DNA from: Antechinus flavipes
Lineage: Eukaryota
DNA: 64,000 nucleotides
Direction: 5' to 3'
NCBI RefSeq assembly: GCF_016432865.1
Contig: NC_067400.1
Span: 612,002,001-612,066,000, forward strand
Shown here one piece after another: positions 25,937 to 36,767 of the stretch. The notes under the pieces are model-generated. The model saw nothing but the letters and a program-made list of their open reading frames with translations, was not told the origin of the DNA and ran no database searches. The translations under genes and the position numbers were made by a program. Positions within the stretch are counted from its first letter, which is position 1. Each line of letters opens with the position of its first letter.

Positions 25937-26208
25937 GAGGGGCACTCTCCTTCAGCTCTGACCCCGCTGCCAGCTAAGTCTCCCTGGGTGCTGCCCCCCA
26001 TCCCCAATGCCTACTCCTGCCCCCCAGGTCCCCCACCCTCCTAGCTCTGTCCTTCCCAATGACCAGCCCCAGCTCTGGAGAGTCCTTGCCTCCAGGACCC
26101 AATAAAAGCCCTGGACCTCTCTCCCCGTGGTGTCCGGTCTGTGGGCCTCGCAAGAGGGAGAGAGCAGATGGAGGTGCTGGGCTGGGGGACGCTTTTATTG
26201 GGGGAAGG

Positions 26209-29200
26209 TCACTGGCGCTCATACATCTCGCGCAGGATCTTCATGCTCTCGGAGTACCGCAGCTGGTTCCGATGGGAAGCCTCCTTCCACCTGGGGGACA
26301 CAGGCTGTCAGGGCCGGGCCGGCCTGCGGGCGGTGGGGGGTGGGAGCAGCTTTGGGGCTGGGGGCCACATACCTCTGCCTGATGCGTTTCCAGCGCTCCA
26401 TGTTGCGGTAGATGAGGGAGGACATGGTTGGGGCTGTCTCGGGGGGCTGCGCAGAAAGCGGGAGAGCCAGAGTCAGGCTGGGGAGCTGCCATACAAGCAT
26501 CCTCTTCCCCCCATAGGCCCAAGACCTGGTCCAGCTCTTCCCGAGAGCTCCTAGAGGGGCTCCAGCATCCACTTACCGGGTCTTCAGAGGCCTCCTGGCC
26601 CTCTGGCCGAAGTGGGGAGGGGATCCTGGGGCTGGGGGCTTCCCCAGAAGGGCAGGGGGCGGTGGGGGGCGGCAGCTTGTACACGTCTCGGCTCTTACCG
26701 TTGGTGACCTCAGTTCCCTTGGAAAAGAACCGGCCCCAAAAACCCGTGTCAGGTCTGGCATGGGGAGGGCAAGGCCCACCTTCCTCGCTGCCCCACAGCC
26801 CCGGCGTCCTCACCTCCTCATCCTCCGGCCGGGGAGCTGGGGGAGGGCTGGGCGAGCGCTCTGGCTCCCGCACCGAGGGGCAGTTGCGCATCCAAGCCCG
26901 GCAGATGGGGTAAAGCGGCGTGTTCTCACTGAACTGGGCCAGGTCCACGCTGCGGTCAAACAGCTTGATGGTGTAAGTGTCTGGGGGGTGAAGGGCGAAG
27001 GTCACAAGGACGCCAGCGAGTGCGGGCTGGCCGGCTGACCCCTCAGCCCGGCTCTGCCCCCCCACCCACTGGCCCACTTTATAGACGAGGCCGGCCTTGG
27101 ACTGGGCCTCGGGCTTCCTGCCGGGCCCGGGGCTGCTTGTCCCCGACAACGCCCTTCTCACCGACCACACTCACTGGGTCTCTGCTGTCCCCCCTCGGCG
27201 AGCCCATCCTCCATCTCCTTCCTCTTCTTCCTTCTGTGATGGGGGAACCGAGCTGAGGGCCTGTGAGGGAGAGGGATGGAGAACTGACTGGACAGAGGCT
27301 TGAGGTGGACCCGGCCTAGGGGGCCCGCAGGGTCTGGCTAGGGGCCCAGGCCAATGCCACGGTCTATTGCAAGACAGCAGAGGGGGCTGGGCCGGACAGG
27401 AGTGGGAGGAAGGGAGACCGGGATAAGGGGGAAGAGTGAAGGGCGGCCCCAGAGACAGAGCCCGGGCAGAAACCGCCCCCCCAAGCTTACCGTTTGCCAG
27501 CTGAGGTGAGAGAGCAGTCCCTAAGGGAGGAGAGAGGCAGCGTCACCCCAGCCCCGGAGCATCCCACGCGGCCCCTCCCCCCAAACCTGGCCAGCGACCT
27601 ACTTGCTGTGAGCATCGGAGGGCGTTTTCCCGGCCTCCTCCTCCAGCTGGTCCCTTTGGGGGAGACAACGACCGAAGCTCAGAACCGAGGGCCGAGGCTC
27701 AGACGGCCTCCAGAATCAGCCCGCTGTGCGGCTGGACAGCTCCGGCCCCCAGAGGCTGGAAGCCCGCCCTCTGCCTGGGCTGGACCCTGGGGATCAGGCG
27801 TACGGGTCTCCCCAGTACCTCACCAGCCCTAATCACCGAGCCCCTCCCTCTCCCCTCCCCCAGAGGAGGCTCTGAGACGGACGAACTTCTGACCTCAGCC
27901 CGGCCCCCAAAGCTGCCCCCCTCACCGGTCCACGTCACTCTTCTCCAGCAAACACTGCAGGACGGCGTCCAGGTGGTTCCTGGCTTTGGACATCTCCAGC
28001 TCTGAGGGGGCAGAGAGCGGTCGCTGCCGGGAGGCCCGTGGGCGTGGGGCAGAGCAGGAGGAAGGGGGGGCGAGCGGCCCCCACCGCCCACGGATGCTCC
28101 CCGAGGTTCCAGCCGACCCTCCCACACAGGAATCCTCAGCGCTCGCTCCCATCTTTTCCTTCCTCCCCTAAGTCAACCAGACGGAGGCCCCATCCCCCCT
28201 TCCCTGTGGTCCCGCATGAACCCTGACATCTTTCCCTCCTGCTGGGAGTCTCCTTTGTCCCTCCTGGCCCACTCTCCCGTGGGCCCCTGGAGCTCCCTCC
28301 CCAGATTCCAGGAGCCAAGAGGCTCCCCTCGGGGTCTGTGCCTGGGAGGGAAAGGACTCAACCTGTCTCCAGGAGGCCCTTCGTCCTCCCCCTCCTAGCA
28401 AGTCTTAGTAGGCTTAGGGCTTCTTCCAGCAAGTATCTCCCCTTCTCTGAAGAGGACAGCTCTCTTTCTGAATCCACTGCTCCCCAATGCTCCCTCCTCC
28501 TCCTCCAAGCAGCCACCTGCACCTGCCATTGCTCCCATCTTCTGGGGTAGTGCTCCCCAATGCTCCCTCCTCCTCCTCCAAGTGAGCCACCTGCACCTGC
28601 CATTGCTCCCATCTCCTGGGGTAGTGCTCCCCAATGCTCCCTCCTCCTCCTCCAAGCAGCCACCTGCACCTGCCATTGCTCCCATCTTCTGGGGTAGTGC
28701 TCCCCAATGCTCCCTCCTCCTCCTCCAAGTGAGCCACCTGCACCTGCCATTGCTCCCATCTTCTGGGGTAGTGCTCCCCAATGCTCCCTCCTCCTCCTCC
28801 AAGTGAGCCACCTGCACCTGCCATTGCTCCCATCTCCTGGGGTAGTGCTCCCCAATGCTCCCTCCTCCTCCTCCAAGTGAGCCACCTGCACCTGCCATTG
28901 CTCCCATCTCCTGGGGATGTCTTCCATAATGCTCCCTCCTCCTCCTCCAAGCAGCCACCTGCACCTGCCATTGCTCCCATCTCCTGGGGGCAGTCTTCCT
29001 CAACGCTCCCTCCTCCTCCTCCAAGTGAGCCTCCTACACCTGCCATTGCTCCCATCTTCTGGAGTAGTGCTCCCCAATGCTCCCTCCTCCTCCTCCAAGT
29101 GAGCCTCCTGCACCTGCCATTGCTCCCATCTCCTGGGAGCAGTCTTTCTCAACGCTCCCTCCTCCTCCTCCAAGTGAGCCACCTGCACCTGCCATTGCTC

Positions 29201-30372
29201 CCATCTTCTGGAGTAGTGCTCCCCAATGCTCCCTCCTCCTCCTCCAAGCAGCCACCTGCACCTGCCATTGCTCCCATCTCCCGGGGGCAGTCTTCCATAA
29301 TGCTCCCTCCTCCTCCTCCAAGCAGCCACCTGCACCTGCCATTGCTCCCATCTCCTGGGGGCAGTCTTCCTCAACGCTCCCTCCTCCTCCTCCAAGTGAG
29401 ACTCCTACACCTGCCATTGCTCCCATCTTCTGGAGTAGTGCTCCCATCTTCTGGAGTAGTGCTCCCCAATGCTCCCTCCTCCTCCTCCAAGTGAGCCTCC
29501 TGCACCTGCCATTGCTCCCATCTCCTGGGAGCAGTCTTCCTCAACGCTCCCTCCTCCTCCTCCAAGTGAGCCACCTGCACCTGCCATTGCTCCCATCTTC
29601 TGGAGTAGTGCTCCCCAATGCTCCCTCCTCCTCCTCCAAGCAGCCACCTGCACCTGCCATTGCTCCCATCTCCCGGGGGCAGTCTTCCATAATGCTCCCT
29701 CCTCCTCCTCCAAGCAGCCACCTACACCTGCCATTGCTCCCATCTCCTGGGAGCAGTCTTCCTCAACGCTCCCTCCTCCTCCTCCAAGTGAGCCACCTGC
29801 ACTGCCATTGCTCCCATCTTCTGGAGTAGTGCTCCCCAATGCTCCCTCCTCCTCCTCCAAGCAGCCACCTACACCTGCCATTGCTCCCATCTCCTGGAGT
29901 AGTGCTCCCCAATGCTCCCTCCTCCTCCTCCAAGTGAGCCTCCTGCATCTGCCATTGCTCTCATCTGCTGGGGGCAGTCTTCCTCAACGCTCCCTCCTCC
30001 TCCTCCAAGTGAGCCACCTGCACCTGCCATTGCTCCCATCTTCTGGAGTAGTGCTCCCCAACGCTCCCTCCTCCTCCTCCAAGCAGCCACCTGCACCTGC
30101 CATTGCTCCCATCTCCTGGGGGCAGTCTTCCTCAACGCTCCCTCCTCCTCCTCCAAGTGAGCCTCCTGCATCTGCCATTGCTCTCATCTGCTGGGGGCAG
30201 TCTTCCTCAATGCTCCTTCCTCTTCCAGGCCACCTTCCCAGATTGCTGTCGCCTCCTAGTCCCGGCAGCCCTCCCGGATCGCTTCCTCCTCCCCGGGGGT
30301 CCCCGGGAGCCTCCTTTGACCATCCGATCCTCCCTTACCTGACTTTTCCACTTTCACCTTCACAGGGAACAT
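26209..30372 (-). CDS. LIN37: Lin-37 DREAM/MuvB core component, 246 aa
   Basis: Exons (minus): 30372-30339, 28001-27926, 27653-27603, 27520-27491, 27260-27175, 26980-26814, 26717-26577, 26446-26373, 26290-26209 (741 nt). [15 protein letters not shown]; [29 protein letters not shown]; [33 protein letters not shown] (minus) at 26194-26199. Confidence 0.97.
28470..30230. repeat. 73/74-bp VNTR, about 24 copies, filling most of LIN37 intron 1
   Basis: Unit gctccctcctcctcctccaag(tgag/cag)ccacctgcacctgccattgctcccatct(t/c)ctgg(ggtagtgctccccaat / gggcagtcttcctcaac). Periods of 74 and 73 measured at 28561, 28635 and 28708. Confidence 0.95.
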
Positions 30373-30559
30373 CGTTCCGGCCGGGCTCTGTTTCCGATTG
30401 GGGCAGCGGGGTATCCAGCAGTGCCCCGGGGCGGGGACGGGGGCAGGGGTCAGGGGTCAGTCCGGGAAGTCCGGGGTCAGAACTGGGGCCAGCCACGAGG
30501 CAGATCAGAGTTCAGGTTTGGGAGGAGAGCCTCTCTCTCAGGCCAAGTAGTCTCACCTT

Positions 30560-30960
30560 CCCGGCCCAGGACCTGGGGATGGGCCGCGGACAGACAGCTC
30601 TTCACCTCCGTCTTAGGCCACCGCAGCGGCTTAGGTCCCACGGTCTCACCCTTGCCCGCCCGCCCGTTGCTTCCATTGGGCGGCGTGGCCGCTCGTCTCC
30701 TGAATAGACCAATCAGAAGTCTTAACGGCCACCTCCCGCTCGAAGCCCCACCCCCAACCATTCTTCCGGAAACCAACTAACGTCCTCCGGCCCAGCCGCG
30801 CGGCGCCTCATGGGAGGTGTAGTTCGTGCCCCGATCTTCCCTTCACGTGTCCTCTGAGCCTGGCCGCGCGAGGCACTATGGGAGGCGCAGGCTGAGACTG
30901 CCGCCACGGTTCCTGGGACTTGTAGTGCCAACGGCTTAAAGGGGCTCCTGGAAGAAAAGG
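30560..30960 (-). promoter_or_regulatory. LIN37 CpG-island promoter
   Basis: CCAAT boxes (about 30675 and 30709) and ACTACAnnTCCCA motifs at 30811-30823 and 30914-30926. Confidence 0.7.
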
Positions 30961-31669
30961 GAAGGAAAAACGCAATCTCGCGGCAGTTCTGCGTTGCTAG
31001 GCAATGGATGCCGCCTCTGAGCAATGGAGCAGCGGCGCAAAGCTGATTCCTTGTCTAGGTTCATTTTACTGACGTGGCGAGTGAGATTCATGGGGTGGGG
31101 GCATTCTGCTGCCAAGGGTCACCCCTTCAAGATCCCAGCAGCCGAGAGCCGAAAGGAATCGTGCAGCCGAACTCTCCCCTCCCCCGCAGCTCACTGTGCA
31201 CTTCTTTCTGAGCCCTCTTCGCCCCTCCACGGTCCGCCCACGTGGAGCAGCCGTTGCCAGAGTCCAGCACTCCCAGTTTAAACCCCGCCAACAGCCCAAG
31301 TTTCGCTTTCCTCATTTATCAAATGAAGGAGTGGCCGAGGGCCAGCCCCTCCGCCCCTCCCCCCATTCCTGGAAGTCAACCTCTCCGTTCTACTTCTCAG
31401 AAGCCCCCACTGCTTCTCCTTCCAGGCTCGCCTCAAATGCCACTTCCTCCATGAAGGCTGCCGTGACTATCGCCCGTCCTCCCCCGCCCCCGGGGGTCAG
31501 CGCCGTCTGGGGCATCCTTCCCAAGAGAATGTTAATTGGGGGTGGACCCGGAGACTAGCGCCCTGTCTCGGGCAGAAATGGCTGGCCAGCAAGTGGCCGG
31601 ATCTCTTTTGTAATTGCCTATTTTATATATTCTCCGGGGTAGCTAAGTGTGGAATGGATAGAACTGGGG

Positions 31670-31885
31670 GGGGGGGGGGGACCTGGAATCAACAAGTCCT
31701 GAGTTCTAACCTACTCCCAACCACTTCCTGTCGGTGTGACCCTGGGCAAGTCCTCTGCACCTTGTCTGCCTCCATTTCCTCATCTGTAAAACGAGCCGGA
31801 GGAAGGAATGGAAAACCCCTCCAATGTCTGCCAAGAAAACCTCAAATGGGGTCACAAAGAATCAGATTACAGAACAAGAAATCCG
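31670..31885 (+). mobile_element. Marsupial Mar1/WALLSI-type SINE (CORE with RTE-like tail)
   Basis: tgtgaccctgggcaagtc...tttcctcatctgtaaaa followed by ggaatggaaaacc..tgccaagaaaacctcaaatggggtcacaaagaatc. Confidence 0.75.
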
Positions 31886-32559
31886 TTCTCTATACATTTG
31901 CATGTTCTCTAGCCTAGTGTTTCACAGGTTACTTAACCAGTTCCTCTACTAATGAGACCCAGTCACTAACTGGGAAAGTCAAACCCAGACTGGAAGGACT
32001 GGTCCAGAGTCACTAGGTTCTGGTTCTAGGTCCAGGCCTTTCCCTCCTACAATATTATTCTTTCTCCTGTGTTATCGAGGGGCCGGATCCCTAAGAGGTC
32101 CGTGGGTAAATCATGCTGTACAACACCATGTACAAGCTTCCCATTGCTGAGGCACTTGAAAGAGATGCTAGCTGACCTCTTGTGGTTTGGATCCTTACTC
32201 AGAACCTTCCCAGATTTGAGATTCCATGATTCTAGGGTGTGATCTCTCAGGGATTTGTTTCTATGTGAAGTAGGGAGATCCCACCCCTCCCAGAAAAAAT
32301 GGGAGTAGGGATCAGCAGTTCTCATGAAATATGCCTTTTTTTTTTAATTTTTATTTGGGAGTCTCAATGGAGGCTACAGGGAAAAGTGGGAAATTAGTCA
32401 GGGATAGATGTTCTGGGTAGCCATTCCGGCCAAATAAAAGGCTGGGGATATGAAGGATATGAGATTTTTCTTCATCTTTGGAAATCATACTGGTCCAGCG
32501 CTAGAGATAAGGCGGGTGAGAAGGGCACCAGGCCATGAATTGGCAGAGGCTCGAGCTTA

Positions 32560-33280
32560 TCAGGGTATCCCCAAAGGGATGGTGAAGGAGAGATAGTCGC
32601 CCAGGGCACCCCAGCGGGCACGATTGATCTGGAAGATGGTGATCCAGGAGGTCAGTGCCACAAGCCAAAAGACAAGCCCCAAGGCTGAACGCCAGACGTC
32701 TGGAAAGGAAGAGATAGAGGGAAGAAAAAAAGGGGGGGGGGGGGAATCAGGTCTTGGCTGGCCAAAAATTGATTTACCACTTGCCCCACCAGACTAGTGA
32801 GGGGGCCAGAGCGTCTCTGCCCTCACCCCGGCACCTCCAGAGACTTACAGCCCTTGATCTGCCCCTGCTCCTCGTAGGCTGGCGCCAGGAAAGCCTCTCG
32901 GAAGAACCACAGAACGTTAACCAGCCAGAGAAAGGGCAGGAGTGCAAACCCCCCTGGAAAGGAAGGAAGGGGCATTAGTCGGGCCATGGTGGGGACACTA
33001 GATGGGCCACTCCCTGGGGTGGGGCACTAGCAGGCTCGTCCCTTCTGGGGGCAGTCACCGCGTTGGCTACTCCCTCCCGGGGAGCATTCGATGGGCTCAC
33101 TAACCAGGTCATTCCCTGGGGGACGGGCACTAGTTGGGCCGCTTTTGGCGGGGGGCGATGGAGGAGGAGGGCTGAGCCCCCTGGGGTCGCCGCGCGCCCC
33201 TAGCCCGTGCCCACCTCACCTAGGTAGTATTTCCGGCAGAGGTTCAGCTTCTCCTCATTGGACACCCGTTCCAGGTTCAT
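32560..33280 (-). CDS. PSENEN: Gamma-secretase subunit PEN-2, 101 aa
   Basis: Exons (minus): 33280-33220, 32953-32849, 32699-32560 (306 nt). [33 protein letters not shown]...[23 protein letters not shown] (minus) at 32350-32355. Confidence 0.98.
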
Positions 33281-33559
33281 CCTGGTCCAGGAGGAAGATG
33301 AGGAAGGGCTGCAGGGAAAAGGAGACGAGTCGGGATCTCCAAACGTCCCCCGCTACCGTACTGGAGCCCCAGTCGGTACAAGTCACTCCTGTGGCGAGTG
33401 AACGGGCTCCGAATCAGCGAGAGGAGGGGCAGGAACAAGAATGCCACCCCCGACCCAGAGAAGGGAGAAGAAGGGGGTGAGGGATTGGGGCGGGGGTGGG
33501 GGGGTGGGGGGGAGCAGTCCTCTACCTTACTGTAGCTTTTCCTTCCTCCTTCTTCAGTA

Positions 33560-33866
33560 CGCTTGCGCCTAGTGCCGTCGGGGCTTCTGGGACTTGTAGT
33601 CCATCCTCCGCACGCACGCGCCCTTCCCTCACTTGTAACCCTGAGACTCTCTCGGGGAGCTCTCTTCTCTGCCTCGCTCTCAGGTTCAGTCTCTCTCGCC
33701 TCGCGATTGGCTGGGAAAGGCGGTCCGGGGCATCTTTTCTGCGCGGCACCTCCCCCTACTCTCTGGACTTCAATTCCCAGGGATCCTCACCTCAAAGCTA
33801 GCCCGGAAACGTGCTCTGTAACCGGAAGTGACGCATGAAGCAGACAGGTGGAGGGAGTCGGTGAAA
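33560..33866. promoter_or_regulatory. Bidirectional PSENEN / U2AF1L4 promoter
   Basis: Head-to-head genes. ETS-CRE composite CCGGAAGTGACG at 33822-33833, ACTACAAGTCCCA motif at 33588-33600, CCAAT (attgg) near 33706. Confidence 0.75.
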
Positions 33867-35772
33867 ATGGCTGAATATCTAGCTTCGATTTTCGGGATAG
33901 AAAAAGACAAGTGCGAAACGATAGTGGTGATAGGAGGGGTGGTCGTGCTAGGGACCCAGCCACTGGAGTCCCCGGGGAGGGGCGGCATTGGTCTCCTTTA
34001 GACAAGGTGCTGGGGTGAGAGGTCCCACTAGGTAAGGGAGGAATGGCAGATCCCACTAGGCAGGGTCCTGGAGGGGGAGGGGGAGCATTGGGGGAGGGGT
34101 GGCAGGTCCCACTTGATGGGGGAGGGGTGGCAGGTCCCACTTGATGGGGGAGGGGTGATAAGTCCCTTTGATAGGGGAGGGGTGGCAGGTCCCACTTGAT
34201 GGGGGAGGGGTGGTAAGTCCCTTTGATGGGGGAGGGGTGGCAGGTCCCACTTGATGGGGGAGGGGTGGCAGGTCCCACTTGATGGGGGAGGGGTGGCAGA
34301 TCCCACTTGATGGGGGAGGGCTGGCAGGTCCCACTTGATGGGGGAGGGGTGGCAGGTCCCACTTGGCAGGTCCTGGGGAGAGGGGAGACTGGGTCCTTTG
34401 ATGGGAGAGGGGCAGCAAGGGCCTTACCACCTCATTCACCCCAAACTCTCGCACTTTTTTCAGGATTAACTGCTCCTTTTACTTTAAGATTGGGGCCCCG
34501 TGCTCGCAACTCCACAATAAGCTCACATTCAGTCAGGGGATGGCCCTTCCCAGCCTTGTTCACTTCCCCGACGCCCCCTCTTCCCTCCCGCTGCCCCTGC
34601 TTTGGGCCCCTGGCTGACCCCTCTTTCCCACCTCATCTCCCTCACCTCAGCCATCGTGCTTCTCAACCTGTACCGGAACCCTCAGAACACGGCCCCGACA
34701 GCGGACGGATCCCACTGTGAGGACTGGGCTCGGGACGCCTCTGGAGCGGGCAGGGGTGGGAGTGATGGGAGATAGTGGGAACCCCACCAAGCTCGGGAGG
34801 GGGGAGCCTTTGGGTTGTGGGGGTGGTGACATAAAAGACTTGAATGTCAGAACTAGGGAAAGGCTGGGGAGGGGGTTGCTTTAGCCCCAAGACCCTTTTC
34901 ACCCCTGAATTCCCAGCTCGTGTCACTGAGGTAGAGGTGCAGGAGCACCATGACGGTTTCTTTGGGGTGAGGGGAGCTGGCCCTGGGGGGGCTCCCTGAG
35001 CCTGACTGCCCATCCCTCCCTCCCTGCCGCAGGAAGCGATCACGGAGCTGCAAGAAAAGTACGGGGAGATGGAGGATATGAACGTCTGCGATAACTTGAG
35101 GGACCACTTGGTGGGCAACGTCTACGTCAAGGTGTTTGAGGCCGCCTGCTCTTGGGGCCCTTGCTCGCTCCCAGACCGGACCCCTCCCCGACCTCTTGGA
35201 TTCCCCAAGCAGTCTCCTTCGCGGGGCCCTGGGCCGTCCGCCCCTGCTCGCCAGGGCCTCGGGGGGACTCCCGCTCTAACTCCTGGGCCGGCATCTTCCT
35301 TGTGCCCCCAGTTCCGGCAGGAAGAAGACGCGGAGCGCGCTGTGACCGAGCTCAACAACCGCTGGTTCAACGGGCAGGCCGAGCTGTCCCCCGTCACGGA
35401 CTCCGGGAGTCCTGCTGTCGGCAATATGAGATGGGGTGCGGTGGTGAGGGGCGGCGGGCGTGGGGGGCGAGGCTGGGCTGCGGTTCCACCTGCCATCTGA
35501 TGCCACAGTGAGTGCACCCGGGGCGGCTTCTGCAACTTCATGCACCTGCGGCCCATCTCCTGGGACCTTCGCCGGCAGCTCTACGGCCGTGGCCCCAGAA
35601 GAAGGTATCGGGTGGGGCGTGATGGGAACGGGGATGCTGACCCCTTTGCTTGACCCGCGAGCCCCTGACGCCTTTCCCCAGGGGATCCTCGCCCACAAGA
35701 CCCAGAGGGGGACACCGGCCTCGAGAAAGGAACCGACGACGGTCTCCGGACCACCGTCACAGATGCTTCTGA
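33867..35772 (+). pseudogene. U2AF1L4: U2AF1L4 (U2AF26) with multiple disabling lesions
   Basis: Exon homologs: 33867-33910, 34464-34536, 34651-34716, 34917-34966, 35033-35131, 35312-35435, 35509-35604, 35682-35772. Lesions: 15-nt deletion in ZnF1 (GACRHGDRCS becomes GAPCS); intron-2 donor GT to GG (34537-38); 1 nt missing at the start of exon 3; 9-nt deletion after GQA; 1-nt frameshift at gactccggg (about 35399-35405). AATAAA at 35883-35888. Confidence 0.85.
34085..34375. repeat. About 28-30 bp minisatellite (GGGGGAGGGGTGGCAGGTCCCACTTGAT) about 10 copies, U2AF1L4 intron 1
   Basis: Direct tandem units visible. Confidence 0.9.
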
Positions 35773-36767
35773 GACCCCGAGCCCGGCCTCTGCTCGGCCT
35801 TTCCAGGACAGAGGTTGCTGTGGTCTTCCCCACCTGACTTCTGGGGACCCACACGGGAGGAGCAGGAACCCCCCCTTCCCCCAATAAAGTATCTGGTCTG
35901 TCCTTTGGTGTCTCTGCGCTTGGGGGGGGGGGGGACTGTGCGCTGCAAGGGCAGGGGCTGCGGCCGTTGGGGCGGGCGGGGAGCAGGTGTGCGCCCGACT
36001 AGCTGGGAGGTTCTAGGTGTACCCCTCATTTTACAGAGACAGAAACTGAGGCCCAGAGAAGTCTTCCAGAGTCCAGCCGGGGCCACCCCACCCCCACCCC
36101 CACGTGGATGACTGGCTCTGCCCGGAAAGGGAAGTTAAGGGAGGGGCTGGGGCTCTGAACCCGCGGCAGGACCAGCTTCAGGTGCCAGGGTGGGGGTAGG
36201 GAGGCTTGGGGACCTTCTTGGACCCCTTAGGACTTTCTGGGCCTGGGGGAGGGGAGACCACAGGCTCGATGGGCCGGATTTGTTAAGGGGAAGGGTTTCT
36301 GGGGACATGGCCGAGGCCAGTTTTAGGGACAGGGCCCCACAGGGTTGCCTGGGTCTTGGAGGCAGGAAGTTGAAGGGCGAAAGCTTGAGTCTTTGGTGGG
36401 GGGACAGTGTTGGGGTCCAGAGGCTGAAGAGCCCCGGGCCTTGGTTGGGGGAAGAGTGGGTTGGGAATCCCAAAGAGTGAATGGGGAGGGGAGGGGCAAG
36501 AAGCAAAACCTTCACGAGAACAGGTGGGGTCTGGGTGGAGAGGGGGTGTTGGGCAAGAAAGGAGCCATTTGAGGGGCACTGGGGGGGCTACAGGAGGGGT
36601 TCCCAGTGGGGGATGGGTTGCTCAGAGCCCAGCCTGTTCCTCCGGCCTGAACAAGCACCATCTGGGTGGCGGGCGGAAACTCGGCTGAGGTTTTCTCATA
36701 AAGCGCTCAGTTCCCTGGTTCCCTCTCCAGGGAGGAGCGGTGACTGGGGCACAGGCTGCAGCCGCCC

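Noticed and set aside
28358-30707. Many overlapping ORFs (up to 412 aa) and a CRISPR-like periodic look
   Set aside because: All derive from the 73/74-bp VNTR in LIN37 intron 1. Units are contiguous with no unique spacers, frames shift between units, and the DNA is mammalian.
33867-35772. Assembly error as the explanation for the U2AF1L4 lesions
   Set aside because: The lesions include 15-nt and 9-nt deletions and substitutions outside homopolymers, and about 20 kb of neighbouring CDS shows no frameshift. Read-level confirmation is still needed.
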